In this document: positions 1 through 9,794 of the stretch, piece after piece | Numbering within the stretch: the stretch's first letter is position 1 | Layout of the letters: every line of letters begins with the position of its first letter | Virus record (IMG/VR): IMGVR_UViG_3300046787_000130 | Location: 64,001-128,000 of that record | Source: a virus | DNA length: 64,000 nt | Strand: one strand, 5' to 3' | Made by a program: the position numbers and the translations under genes | Notes under the pieces: generated by a model | The model's input: only the letters and a program-made list of their open reading frames with translations | Databases searched by the model: none | Told to the model about the DNA's origin: nothing

Positions 1-2034
1 GGACCACAGGGACCACAAGGATTACAAGGTCTAACTGGACCAACTGGTAATAACATTATTGTTACTGATACCAGAGCCGGCACTACAACACCAGAAACTT
101 TTGCAAGTCCAAGACTTGCTGTAGACTTTAAACAACTTTCAGCAGAAAGTTTAACTGATTCTGGTACATATTTTGGTGAGATTAGTTTTCGTCCATATGG
201 CAGCACTACAGATTGGACTGGTGGACCTGCTCACCAATTAGGTTTTCCCGGCAGCGGTAATGTTTGGCATCGTTGGGGTTCAAGTACCACTTGGGGTTCT
301 TGGACAAGAATGCTTGATACGCAAGACTTTAGCAGAGGTATGTCACTAACTGGTCCATTGACCGTATCTGCAAATGTTACTGCAACAAGCAACATCTTTG
401 ACCTGCCTGTATTAACTGTAACTACAAATACTACCGTAGCCGACAATGTAGCAGGTAAGATTATCGTAGTTAACAACGGCGTATCTGATGTTACAATAAC
501 ATTTGCTACTGCGTTAACTTCTGGTTTTGCAACTAGCGTATTCCGTAAGGGTACTGGTAATGTTATTATTGCTGCCGGTTCTGGCGTCACTAAAACCAAC
601 TCAGCATCATTCATTAGCGGTAATATTGCAATTTCTAATGCTACTGCAACTGTTGTATATTCATCAACTAGCGAAATTTTATTGCTTGGTGATATTCAAA
701 CTAATGGTATTACTGGTCCGCAAGGTGTTCAAGGAATTGCAGGAAGTAGTGCCGGTCAGGGAACGCAAGGTGCTCAGGGACCACAGGGTGCATTAGGTGT
801 TACTGGTAACCAAGGCGCTCAGGGTGCGCAGGGTCTTCAAGGGCTACAGGGATTACAAGGTCGCCAAGGTCCACAGGGTCCACAAGGATTGCAAGGCTTA
901 ACAGGTACAACTGGTAACCAAGGCGCTCAAGGCGCTAATGGCGCTCAGGGTACTAATGGCGCCCAAGGTACTACTGGTACAACTGGCAACCAAGGCGCTC
1001 AAGGTGCTCAAGGACCACAGGGTCTACAAGGCTTACAAGGATTAATTGGTTCTCAAGGTGCCCAAGGTGCTCAAGGACCACAGGGTCTACAAGGCTTACA
1101 AGGATTAATTGGTTCTCAAGGTGCCCAAGGCGCTCAGGGTTTACAAGGACTCCAAGGTTTACAAGGTTTACAAGGTCTTCAGGGTCGTCAAGGACCACAG
1201 GGACCACAAGGATTACAAGGTCTAACAGGCACTACGGGTTCTCAGGGTTCCCAAGGCGCTCAAGGTAATCAGGGACTACAAGGTTCAGGTTCTCAAGGTA
1301 CTACTGGTACTACGGGTTCTCAGGGAGCACAAGGCGCACAAGGTCTTAATGGCGCCCAAGGCGCTACGGGTACAACAGGTTCTCAGGGTTCCCAAGGCGC
1401 TCAAGGTAATCAGGGGCTTCAAGGCTTACAAGGTCTTCAAGGACGACAGGGACCACAAGGACCACAAGGGTTGCAAGGACTAACAGGCACAACTGGTTCT
1501 CAAGGCGCTCAAGGCTTACAAGGCGCTCAAGGTTCCGGCTCTCAGGGCACTACTGGTACAACTGGTAGCCAAGGTGCTCAAGGCGCTAATGGCGCTCAGG
1601 GCACTACTGGCGCCCAAGGTACTACAGGCACAACTGGCTCTCAAGGTTCCCAAGGCGCTCAAGGTAATCAGGGACTACAAGGTCTACAGGGTCGCCAAGG
1701 ACCACAAGGTTCGCAAGGCACTCTAGGTCCACAAGGACCAACTGTAGTTCCGCGCTCATCGACTACATCAACTCTAGTTGTAGGAGATTCCGGAAAATGC
1801 GTAGACTTAACGGCTGGCATTACAGTTCCTGCCTCAATCTTTACGTCAGGAGACATTGTAAGCCTATACAATAACTCAGCATCAACAATTACTATTACTC
1901 AAGGTGCATCATTATCATTAAGACTTGCTGGAACAGCAACTAACGGTAGCAGAACCCTAGCGCAAAATGGAATCTGCACTATTTGGTTTGCAAATGCAAC
2001 AACGGCAATTATATCAGGAGCAGGTATTGCATGA
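1..2034 (+). CDS. Collagen-like tail/whisker fibre protein (5' truncated; frame is open from base 1)
   Basis: Frame 1 reads [16 protein letters not shown] from base 1 with no stop before the ORF-track Met at 310; ~340 aa of G-X-Q/G-X-T triplets; beta-rich flanking domains; lies upstream of the neck genes. Confidence 0.85.
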   Translation, partial: GPQGPQGLQGLTGPTGNNIIVTDTRAGTTTPETFASPRLAVDFKQLSAESLTDSGTYFGEISFRPYGSTTDWTGGPAHQLGFPGSGNVWHRWGSSTTWGSWTRMLDTQDFSRGMSLTGPLTVSANVTATSNIFDLPVLTVTTNTTVADNVAGKIIVVNNGVSDVTITFATALTSGFATSVFRKGTGNVIIAAGSGVTKTNSASFISGNIAISNATATVVYSSTSEILLLGDIQTNGITGPQGVQGIAGSSAGQGTQGAQGPQGALGVTGNQGAQGAQGLQGLQGLQGRQGPQGPQGLQGLTGTTGNQGAQGANGAQGTNGAQGTTGTTGNQGAQGAQGPQGLQGLQGLIGSQGAQGAQGPQGLQGLQGLIGSQGAQGAQGLQGLQGLQGLQGLQGRQGPQGPQGLQGLTGTTGSQGSQGAQGNQGLQGSGSQGTTGTTGSQGAQGAQGLNGAQGATGTTGSQGSQGAQGNQGLQGLQGLQGRQGPQGPQGLQGLTGTTGSQGAQGLQGAQGSGSQGTTGTTGSQGAQGANGAQGTTGAQGTTGTTGSQGSQGAQGNQGLQGLQGRQGPQGSQGTLGPQGPTVVPRSSTTSTLVVGDSGKCVDLTAGITVPASIFTSGDIVSLYNNSASTITITQGASLSLRLAGTATNGSRTLAQNGICTIWFANATTAIISGAGIA
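712..1743 (+). repeat. Collagen Gly-X-Y triplet repeat region, including a 63-nt tandem duplication at about 1000-1125
   Basis: [15 protein letters not shown] triplets; caaggtgctcaaggaccacag...ggtgcc occurs twice in tandem. Confidence 0.9.
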
Positions 2035-2609
2035 GTGCGCATCAAACTATGGTTTGGATGAAATATTATAACAGAAGAACATTACAAACTGCTGCTACTA
2101 ATCAAACTGAAACTGTGCCAGCTGGTGCACAAAGTTTGCTAGTGAAGGTTTGGGGTGCTGGCGGCGGCGGCGGTAAAGATGGCAGTGCTTCTGGTCTAGC
2201 CCAAGGTGGTGGCGGTGGTGGTTACATTCAAAAAACTATAACTGTAACTCCAGGTCAAACTATTGGTTACAATGTTGGTGCTGGCGGAACAGGTGCTACA
2301 GGTGGTGCTGGCGGTGATGGTTTAAATGGACGTTCATCTAATGTAACCATTAGCGGTACATTGTATAATGCTGGCGGTGGTGATGGCGGTTCTCAAGATG
2401 GGTTAAATACTCCCGCAGGTGCTGGCGGCACAACTTCCGGAAATGGTGATGTTAATACTAATGGCGATGATGGTCTTATGCCTGATGGTGGTGCTCCAGG
2501 AAATGCAACTGAAATTGTAGGAACTAATGCTCGCGGTGGTGCTGGCGCCGATACTCCTTCTAACGGCACTAATGGTACAGCTGGTGAAATTATTTTTATC
2601 TATACCTAA
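2031..2609 (+). CDS. Glycine-rich virion/fibre-associated protein
   Basis: [11 protein letters not shown] and GGGGGY motifs typical of phage glycine-rich domains; ATG overlaps the upstream stop (ATGA). Confidence 0.7.
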   Translation: MSAHQTMVWMKYYNRRTLQTAATNQTETVPAGAQSLLVKVWGAGGGGGKDGSASGLAQGGGGGGYIQKTITVTPGQTIGYNVGAGGTGATGGAGGDGLNGRSSNVTISGTLYNAGGGDGGSQDGLNTPAGAGGTTSGNGDVNTNGDDGLMPDGGAPGNATEIVGTNARGGAGADTPSNGTNGTAGEIIFIYT

Positions 2610-2612
2610 ATA
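2606..2612 (+). promoter_or_regulatory. T4-type late promoter (CTAAATA variant)
   Basis: CTAAATA just upstream of gp13; the motif recurs before other late genes. Confidence 0.6.
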
Positions 2613-2636
2613 CAATAAATTGTCTAGGAATCTATA

Positions 2637-3398
2637 ATGGCAAAACCAACATCAAAAACAGAACTAAAAGACTACTGCTTGCGCAGACTAGGCTTTCCTG
2701 TAATTGACATCAATGTCGATGACGACCAAGTTGACGACAGAGTTGATGATGCTATACAGCTTTTTCACGATTTCCATTTTGATGGCTTAAGCCGCGAATA
2801 TCTTGCGATTGCAATACAAGCAGGTGATAAGGCAAACACCTACGTCACGTTACCAGATGATGTTGTTGGTGTAACCAGAATTTTCCGTATTGGTAGCGAG
2901 ACTACTAATAGCAATGGCACTAACTTTAATATGTTTGATATCAACTATCAACTTAGACTTAATGAGTTGTATGACTTTACATCCTCGTCATACATGTACT
3001 ATTGGATTGCAAGAACTCATATTGAAATGCTTGACCAGATTTTAATTGGTCAGAATCCAATTCGCTTTAACAAGAAGATGAATCGTCTATATGTTGATAT
3101 GAACTGGGCTGATGATGAGATTGCTCCTGGCAACTATATGATGGTTGAATGTACTCGCGCACTTGATGCGGATACTTACCCTAAAGTATACAATGATGAT
3201 TGGCTCAAAGAGTATACTACCCAACTCATTAAAAAGCAGTGGGGCGAGAACATGAAGAAGTATAGCAACTATACTCTTCCTGGTGGTATGGTTATTAATG
3301 GACAGCAAATTTACGATGAGGCTGTTGCTGAAATTGCAAAACTGGAAATTAAGTTGAGAGATACTTACGAAGAACCTCCAGAATTTTTGGTAGGCTAA
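2637..3398 (+). CDS. gp13: Neck protein
   Basis: LKDYCLRRLGFPVIDINV...KKQWGEN...LPGG..NGQQIY; T4 synteny. Confidence 0.95.
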   Translation: MAKPTSKTELKDYCLRRLGFPVIDINVDDDQVDDRVDDAIQLFHDFHFDGLSREYLAIAIQAGDKANTYVTLPDDVVGVTRIFRIGSETTNSNGTNFNMFDINYQLRLNELYDFTSSSYMYYWIARTHIEMLDQILIGQNPIRFNKKMNRLYVDMNWADDEIAPGNYMMVECTRALDADTYPKVYNDDWLKEYTTQLIKKQWGENMKKYSNYTLPGGMVINGQQIYDEAVAEIAKLEIKLRDTYEEPPEFLVG

Positions 3399-3399
3399 G

Positions 3400-4275
3400 A
3401 TGCCAGTTAGCGTATACTTTAACAACCAAGGCGCTACAAGAGAGCAGTTTCTTGTAGAAGATTTAACCATAGAATCTATTCGGAATCATGGAATAGACAT
3501 CTATTATCTTCCAAGAACATCCCAAAGTACTCTTGATGTTCTCTTTGGCGATGACCCCGTAAAGTATTACAATGTTGCGTACAAAATAGACATGTACCTA
3601 GAGACATTTAATGACTTTGAAGGTCAACAAGAGTTTTTTTCTAAGTTTGGTTTACAGATAGACAAGACCGCAAAGGTTGCTGTTGCCCGTAGAACTTTTG
3701 AAAAATTAGTTCCTTCTGCCATACGCAGAATACCTAAAGAGGGAGATTTAATCTTCCTTCCTGTTCAACAAAAAGTAATGGAAGTACGTTTTGTTGAGGA
3801 AGAAAAGAACTTCTTCCAGTTGGGCAAGATGCAACCTTACATGTTTAGTCTGTCTCTTGAAACCTTTAAGTACAATGGTGAATTGTTTGATACTGGTATT
3901 CAAGAAATTGACCAACTACAAGATGATGTATCCTTTGCTACTGAATTTACTATGGATGATAATGGTCAAACCATATCGTATCAACGCGGAGAAGTTGTGT
4001 ACCAAGGCGTCAGTCTAGAGTTAGCAGTAAATCTAGGTATTGTTGCAAGTTTTGATAGAACCACATTAAAACTTCGCTTGCGCAATATTAAGGGCGATTT
4101 CCACAGCGATGACCCGGTAGAAGGTTCAGAAAGCGGCGCATCCTATAATATCATACCTAACGCGCATGATGAGAGAGATAATGCTGTTACAGTATTTGAT
4201 GATAACAGTTATCTTGAATCACAAGCCGTTAATATTCTAGACTTTTCTGAAACTAATCCTTTTGGTGAACCATAA
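3400..4275 (+). CDS. gp14: Neck protein / head closure
   Basis: EQFLVEDL..ESI...G.DIYYLPR, FSKFG, EGDLI, DFSETNPFG. Confidence 0.95.
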   Translation: MPVSVYFNNQGATREQFLVEDLTIESIRNHGIDIYYLPRTSQSTLDVLFGDDPVKYYNVAYKIDMYLETFNDFEGQQEFFSKFGLQIDKTAKVAVARRTFEKLVPSAIRRIPKEGDLIFLPVQQKVMEVRFVEEEKNFFQLGKMQPYMFSLSLETFKYNGELFDTGIQEIDQLQDDVSFATEFTMDDNGQTISYQRGEVVYQGVSLELAVNLGIVASFDRTTLKLRLRNIKGDFHSDDPVEGSESGASYNIIPNAHDERDNAVTVFDDNSYLESQAVNILDFSETNPFGEP

Positions 4276-5264
4276 TGCTATCTGATACACACTACTATCA
4301 CCGAATTGTTCGTAAAATGGTTATTGGGTTTGGTACCATTTTCAACAACGTTAAGATGTATCGTTACGCTGCGGATGGTACAACAGAAATTGAACGTATT
4401 AACGTGCCACTAACTTACGCGCCAAAAGAAAAGTTCTACACTCGTATAACTGAAGACCCATCATTGGCTAAGACTGTACAAATTACTTTGCCTAGAATGG
4501 CATTTGAAATGACGGGAATTACATATGACCCATTAAGAAAGATTTCGTCAAACATTGATTTGTATAAGAATATGTCTCCTAACAGCGTTAATCGAGTTAA
4601 GGGAACACCATATAATTTTGATTTTAACTTGTATGCGTTTGTTCGTAATACTGAAGATGGTATGCAGATTGTTGAGCAAATTCTCCCATACTTCAATCCA
4701 GACTACACTATTACTGTAGACCTAATGGGATTTGACAGTCTCAAACTTGATATTCCTATTGTGTTTAATAGTGTTACATACGAAACTGATTATGAGGGCA
4801 GTCCTGATTCTACTCGCATCATCACGTGGAATATGAACTTTACGGCTAAGGGATACTTGTTTGGACCAATCACAACATCTAAGGTCATTCGCAAATCAAC
4901 TGCAAATGTATTCAGTTATGTTGGAGAAACTAACAACAAGGGACTAACTCTTGTTAATGGTAATGGTGAGGAGTATCGTCTTGGTGAACTAGTATACCAA
5001 GGTGCTAGCATTGAAGAGGCTACTGCAAAAGCCTACGTCAAGCAATGGGACACTACTGCCAACACGCTCATTTTATGTGATGTTGCCGGTAATCTTGCTG
5101 CCAATAGCATTCTTGTTGGCGCAATTTCAGGGGCTAAATATAACGTCAGCACATTTGCGGTTAGCCCGGCTCAACTCATTAACATTGAAGTTGACCCAAA
5201 TCCATCAACTGCTAATGCTAATACTGATTTTGGATTTACTACAACGGTAACTGAGTTATTCTAA
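4275..5264 (+). CDS. gp15: Tail sheath stabiliser / tail terminator
   Basis: FGTIFN, VPLTYAPKEK, LPRMAFE, QIVEQILPYFNP. Confidence 0.95.
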   Translation: MLSDTHYYHRIVRKMVIGFGTIFNNVKMYRYAADGTTEIERINVPLTYAPKEKFYTRITEDPSLAKTVQITLPRMAFEMTGITYDPLRKISSNIDLYKNMSPNSVNRVKGTPYNFDFNLYAFVRNTEDGMQIVEQILPYFNPDYTITVDLMGFDSLKLDIPIVFNSVTYETDYEGSPDSTRIITWNMNFTAKGYLFGPITTSKVIRKSTANVFSYVGETNNKGLTLVNGNGEEYRLGELVYQGASIEEATAKAYVKQWDTTANTLILCDVAGNLAANSILVGAISGAKYNVSTFAVSPAQLINIEVDPNPSTANANTDFGFTTTVTELF

Positions 5265-5267
5265 TTT

Positions 5268-5678
5268 ATGTCTAATGTTGATAAGAACCTAAGTGAAATT
5301 CTTGAAACTGAATATGAGGTTCAAGAAACTCCAAAAAATCTTCCTGTAGCAGCTGTTCCGGAAACAACTACACAGGATTACGATTACTCACGCATGAATC
5401 ATTATAGTTTGATTGAGCGCGGTAGTGAAGCATTAGATGGTATTCTTGCTGTTGCTAGAGAATCACAACACCCAAGAGCATATGAAGTTGCTGCCACTAT
5501 GATGAAGAATCTTAGTGACATGACAGATAAACTTATCCAACTTCAAAAGCAAAAACAAGAAATGGAAAGGATTGCTAATCCAACTCCAACGCAAGTGACT
5601 GTTGACAAAGCAGTATTTGTAGGTTCTACAACTGACCTGTTGCGAAAGATAAAGAATGAATCAGCAAATAATCAGTAA
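5268..5678 (+). CDS. gp16: Terminase small subunit
   Basis: DYDYSR.N, ESQHPRAYEV, VFVGSTTDL. Confidence 0.93.
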   Translation: MSNVDKNLSEILETEYEVQETPKNLPVAAVPETTTQDYDYSRMNHYSLIERGSEALDGILAVARESQHPRAYEVAATMMKNLSDMTDKLIQLQKQKQEMERIANPTPTQVTVDKAVFVGSTTDLLRKIKNESANNQ

Positions 5679-7290
5679 ACTTAAGACATACCTTGGCAAT
5701 CCTAAACTAAAGAAAGTTGGGGTTCCTGTTCAACTTGATGCTGAGCGAGTTGAGGAGTACGTCAAGTGTGCACAGAATCCAATCTACTTTATTGAAAACT
5801 ACGTCAAGATTATCACGCTTGACAAGGGTTTTGTTAAGATTGAGTTGTACCCGTTTCAGCAAAAAGCAATTACCGAAATTAACGACAATCGTCGGGTAAT
5901 TGTAAAAGCAGGTCGTCAGGTTGGTAAGACAACAATGGTTGTTGGTTACATTTTGTGGTACATTCTATTTAATGAAGATAAGACTGTTGCAATTCTTGCT
6001 AACAAGGCTGCTACCTCTCGCGAAATTCTTGCGCGCATCAAGATTGCATATGAAGCACTACCGATGTGGTTACAGCAAGGTGTGCGTACTTGGAATAAAG
6101 GCGACATTGAATTAGAGAACAACTGTCGTATTATGGCAACATCTACTGCTTCAAGTGCGATTCGCGGTTTCTCTATCTCATTGTTGTATCTTGACGAATT
6201 TGCTTTCGTTCCTAGCAACATTGCTGAAGAGTTTTTCACTTCGGTATATCCAACCATTTCTTCTGGTACAAGTTCAAAGATTCTAATCTCATCTACGCCT
6301 AATGGTATGAACCACTATTATAAAATGTGGACTGATGCTGTAGAAAAACGTAATGGGTTTATTGCTATTGAAGCCAACTGGCGCCAGGTTCCCGGCAGAG
6401 ACCAAAGATGGGCTGATGACCAACGTTCTGTTCTTGGTGAGGAGAAATACCTACAAGAAATGGAATGCGAGTTTATGGGCAGTGCTGGTACACTTATCAG
6501 CGGCATGGTGCTTAAATCATTGGTCTTTAGAACTCCAGTTGCACAACCTAACAATATTGTTGGTCTCAAGATACATCAAGAGCCTATTCCAGGCAACAAG
6601 TATGCTATGACTGTAGACACTTCTCGCGGTAAGGGGCTAGACTATTCGGCATTTGTTGTTGTTGATGTTACTGAGATTCCATATAGAGTTGTCTGCACAT
6701 ATAAAGACAATGATATCTCTCCTGTCATATACCCATCTATCATTAAGCGTATTGGCACATATTACAATGAAGCCTTTATACTTGTAGAAATTAACGACAA
6801 TGGTGCGCAGATATCATATAGTCTGTTTGATGACTATGAGTATGAAAATTTACTCTCTACAGTTGAGGCTAGCAAAAAAGTAACTTTGACTTGGGCTAAC
6901 AATAAAGCCGAAAGAGGAATTCGTACAACAAAATCTGTAAAAAGATTAGGTTGTTCATTGATGAAGACTTTGATTGAATCCTATAAACTAATTGTTGAAG
7001 ATTTTGATATTATTGCTGAACTTTCAACATTTATAAATAAGGGTACTAGTTATGAGGCTGATGACGGGTCGCATGATGACCTTGTAATGTGTTTGGTGTT
7101 ATTTGCATGGATGACAAATCAACAGTTTTTTTCTGAACTTTGCAACACGGATATCAGAGAAAAATTGTATAGAGAGCAGATGAATCAGATTGAAGATGAA
7201 TCTCTCCCGATGCCATACTTTGGTCCTGAATATACTGAAGAAGAGCGATTTGTTTCGAATGGAGCCGTCTGGAGTGTTGTAAAACCATAA
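5656..7290 (+). CDS. gp17: Terminase large subunit
   Basis: RQVGKT Walker A, LLYLDEFAF Walker B, STPNG, HDDLVM nuclease motif. Confidence 0.97.
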   Translation: MNQQIISKLKTYLGNPKLKKVGVPVQLDAERVEEYVKCAQNPIYFIENYVKIITLDKGFVKIELYPFQQKAITEINDNRRVIVKAGRQVGKTTMVVGYILWYILFNEDKTVAILANKAATSREILARIKIAYEALPMWLQQGVRTWNKGDIELENNCRIMATSTASSAIRGFSISLLYLDEFAFVPSNIAEEFFTSVYPTISSGTSSKILISSTPNGMNHYYKMWTDAVEKRNGFIAIEANWRQVPGRDQRWADDQRSVLGEEKYLQEMECEFMGSAGTLISGMVLKSLVFRTPVAQPNNIVGLKIHQEPIPGNKYAMTVDTSRGKGLDYSAFVVVDVTEIPYRVVCTYKDNDISPVIYPSIIKRIGTYYNEAFILVEINDNGAQISYSLFDDYEYENLLSTVEASKKVTLTWANNKAERGIRTTKSVKRLGCSLMKTLIESYKLIVEDFDIIAELSTFINKGTSYEADDGSHDDLVMCLVLFAWMTNQQFFSELCNTDIREKLYREQMNQIEDESLPMPYFGPEYTEEERFVSNGAVWSVVKP

Positions 7291-7294
7291 ATTA

Positions 7295-7301
7295 CTAAAT
7301 A
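7295..7301 (+). promoter_or_regulatory. T4-type late promoter
   Basis: CTAAATA upstream of gp18. Confidence 0.65.
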
Positions 7302-7337
7302 GAATAACGGATTCTGTCCTTAACAGGAGTATTAAAG

Positions 7338-9068
7338 ATGCCATTTCAAGTATCACCAGGCGTGAACGTAACCGAATATGACCTGACGTCATCCATTCCA
7401 TCTGCTGCTGGCACCTTTGGTGCTATTGCTGGTGAGTTTGACTGGGGTCCAGTAGGTATTGCTCAGCCTATTTCAAGCGAACTAAAACTTGTTGACCGTT
7501 TCGGTAAACCACCGTACTCGTCTTCAAGCAATACAATCACTGATTTCTTTACTGCCGCAAGTTTCTTGCAGTATTCAGGAAGTCTAATTGTATCTCGCGC
7601 TGCACACGGTCAGTCAAATAACGCTGTTTCAAATAACTGGACAGCAGCTGCCGCAACACCTCGCCAAGTAAAGAATTCTAGCGATTACATTGGTAATCCT
7701 ACAATTTCTGGCGGTGTATTTGCTGCTCGTTATCCAGGAACAGTGGGTAATAACCTACAAGTTTCTATGTTTGCAAATACCGTTACCGGTTCTCTTGCAA
7801 ATTGGGCATATGGTTCACTCTTTGATAAGGAACCAGGCACATCTGACTTTATCAAGTTAAATGTAAACACCAATGCTAATGACGAAGTTTACATTGCAGT
7901 TATTGACCGTACTGGTGCAATTTCTGGTGCAGCAAATACAGTTCTAGAGAAGTTTATTGCTTCAAAGGCAACTAATGCTCGTGACCCAAACAACAATAGC
8001 ATGTACTACAAGGACGTTCTATTGAACAAGTCCAAGTATGTATACATGGTTGGTCACCCAAGCAGTTCATACAAGGGCACATTTAGCGCCAATGCATGGG
8101 GTGTTGCTGCTAACTCAACATACATCTTTGCCGACCACGATAGCGCAAACACTTCGTATCCTCTAGCCAACGGTTCTTATGTTGCCGTAACTTCAGGTAA
8201 CGTAACTTCTGCTCTTGACATTCTAAATGACCCAACAGTAGACGTTTCTCTAATCATGACAAGCGCGCACTCTTCAGCTGTCGTACAGTATGCTATTAAT
8301 AGCGTTGCCGAATACCGTAAGGATTGCTTGGTATTTGCTTCGCCAACATACGCAAACTGCACATCAACTCAACCAGAAGTAGACATTCCTGCTTGGAGAA
8401 CTGCAATTGGCGCATACAGTTCATACGCTGTAATGGACTCTGGCTGGAAGTATATCTATGACAAGTATTACGACACCTATCGTTGGGTTCCGCTAAACGG
8501 CGACGTTGCCGGTATGTGCGCAAAGACCGACGCAGAAAGAGAGCCATGGTTCTCACCTGCTGGTCCAGTACGTGGTCAGGTAAAGAACATTGTCAAACTT
8601 GCCTATAATCCAGACAAGAGTGACCGCGACATTCTTTACAAGGCAGACATTAACCCTGTTGTATCTTTTAATGGTGAAGGTACTTACCTATATGGTGACA
8701 AGACAATGCTAGGTCGCGCAAGCGCATTTAGCCGTATCAATGTTCGCCGTCTGTTTATGATTCTAGAAAAGACAATCTCTCGTGCTGCTAAGGCAAGCCT
8801 CTTTGAGTTCAATGATGAATTTACACGCTCACAGTTTGTAAGCATTGTTGACCCATACTTGCGCTCCGTAATGGCAGGTCGCGGTATCTATGACTACCGT
8901 GTAATCTGCGATGAGAGAAACAATCCACCAGACCTCATTGACCGTAATGAGTTTGTTGGCGACATCTACATCAAGCCATCAAAGAGCATTAACTTCATCC
9001 AACTCAACTTCGTTGCTATCCGCACCGGAGTACAGTTTGAAGAAGTAATTGGTCGTGCAACAGTCTAA
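7338..9068 (+). CDS. gp18: Tail sheath protein
   Basis: SPGV.V.E.DL, WFSPAG..RG, RINVRRLF, FEFNDEFTR, KSINFIQLNFVA. Confidence 0.97.
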   Translation: MPFQVSPGVNVTEYDLTSSIPSAAGTFGAIAGEFDWGPVGIAQPISSELKLVDRFGKPPYSSSSNTITDFFTAASFLQYSGSLIVSRAAHGQSNNAVSNNWTAAAATPRQVKNSSDYIGNPTISGGVFAARYPGTVGNNLQVSMFANTVTGSLANWAYGSLFDKEPGTSDFIKLNVNTNANDEVYIAVIDRTGAISGAANTVLEKFIASKATNARDPNNNSMYYKDVLLNKSKYVYMVGHPSSSYKGTFSANAWGVAANSTYIFADHDSANTSYPLANGSYVAVTSGNVTSALDILNDPTVDVSLIMTSAHSSAVVQYAINSVAEYRKDCLVFASPTYANCTSTQPEVDIPAWRTAIGAYSSYAVMDSGWKYIYDKYYDTYRWVPLNGDVAGMCAKTDAEREPWFSPAGPVRGQVKNIVKLAYNPDKSDRDILYKADINPVVSFNGEGTYLYGDKTMLGRASAFSRINVRRLFMILEKTISRAAKASLFEFNDEFTRSQFVSIVDPYLRSVMAGRGIYDYRVICDERNNPPDLIDRNEFVGDIYIKPSKSINFIQLNFVAIRTGVQFEEVIGRATV

Positions 9069-9071
9069 ATA
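9065..9071 (+). promoter_or_regulatory. T4-type late promoter
   Basis: CTAAATA upstream of gp19. Confidence 0.65.
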
Positions 9072-9095
9072 ACCTTATAGGTTCAGGAGAATCAA

Positions 9096-9734
9096 ATGAG
9101 TTTTAATGTAGATGAATTTAGAAAAAATCTAAGATGGGATGGTGCGCGCCCAAATCTATTTGAAGTTGAGGTGCCGTTTATGGACGGCACCATCGACCGT
9201 TCATTCAGATTTATGTGTAAGGCAGCATCAATTCCTGGTTCAAACCTTGGTGTGGTAGAAGTACCATACTTCGGTCGTCAGGTTAAGGTTGCTGGTAACA
9301 GAACATATGATGAGTGGACTGTTACAATCATCAATGACGAAACCTTTGACTTGCGCAACAAGTTTGAAGAATGGCACAAGCGTCTAAATGCTCCAGTTGA
9401 GAATACCCGCGCTGCTCTTAATAGCCTGTTCTATACAAGAGATGCAAAGGTAACTCACTACCGCAAAAATGGCTCAGTCATCAAGACATATAGTCTAGTT
9501 GGCGCCTTCCCTTCAAACATTGCACCAATCGACCTAGATTGGGGTTCAAATGATACGATTGAAGAATTCACCGTAACATTTGCATACCAGTACTGGATTG
9601 ATAGCAAGTTGAGCAAGTCTACGGCTCCTGAACAGCGTCCGTCAAATCAGGAAGTTCCTCAGTCTAATGCTCTACCAGCTGGTCCGACAGGAGATACAAC
9701 TCTTGACGGTCTGACAGCAGCCACTACAGTCTAA
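9096..9734 (+). CDS. gp19: Tail tube protein
   Basis: GARPNLFEV, GR..KVAG.RT..W.VT..ND, IEEFTVTFAYQYW. Confidence 0.95.
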   Translation: MSFNVDEFRKNLRWDGARPNLFEVEVPFMDGTIDRSFRFMCKAASIPGSNLGVVEVPYFGRQVKVAGNRTYDEWTVTIINDETFDLRNKFEEWHKRLNAPVENTRAALNSLFYTRDAKVTHYRKNGSVIKTYSLVGAFPSNIAPIDLDWGSNDTIEEFTVTFAYQYWIDSKLSKSTAPEQRPSNQEVPQSNALPAGPTGDTTLDGLTAATTV

Positions 9735-9753
9735 TATATAATTAGACTTTGTT

Positions 9754-9780
9754 GAGGGGAGGGTTTTCCTCCCCTCTTTT
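9754..9780 (+). terminator. Rho-independent terminator
   Basis: GAGGGGAGG-GTTTT-CCTCCCCTC-TTTT; preceded by the hairpin AGTCTAAT/ATTAGACT at 9728-9748. Confidence 0.85.
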
Positions 9781-9794
9781 GATATGAGGTACAC

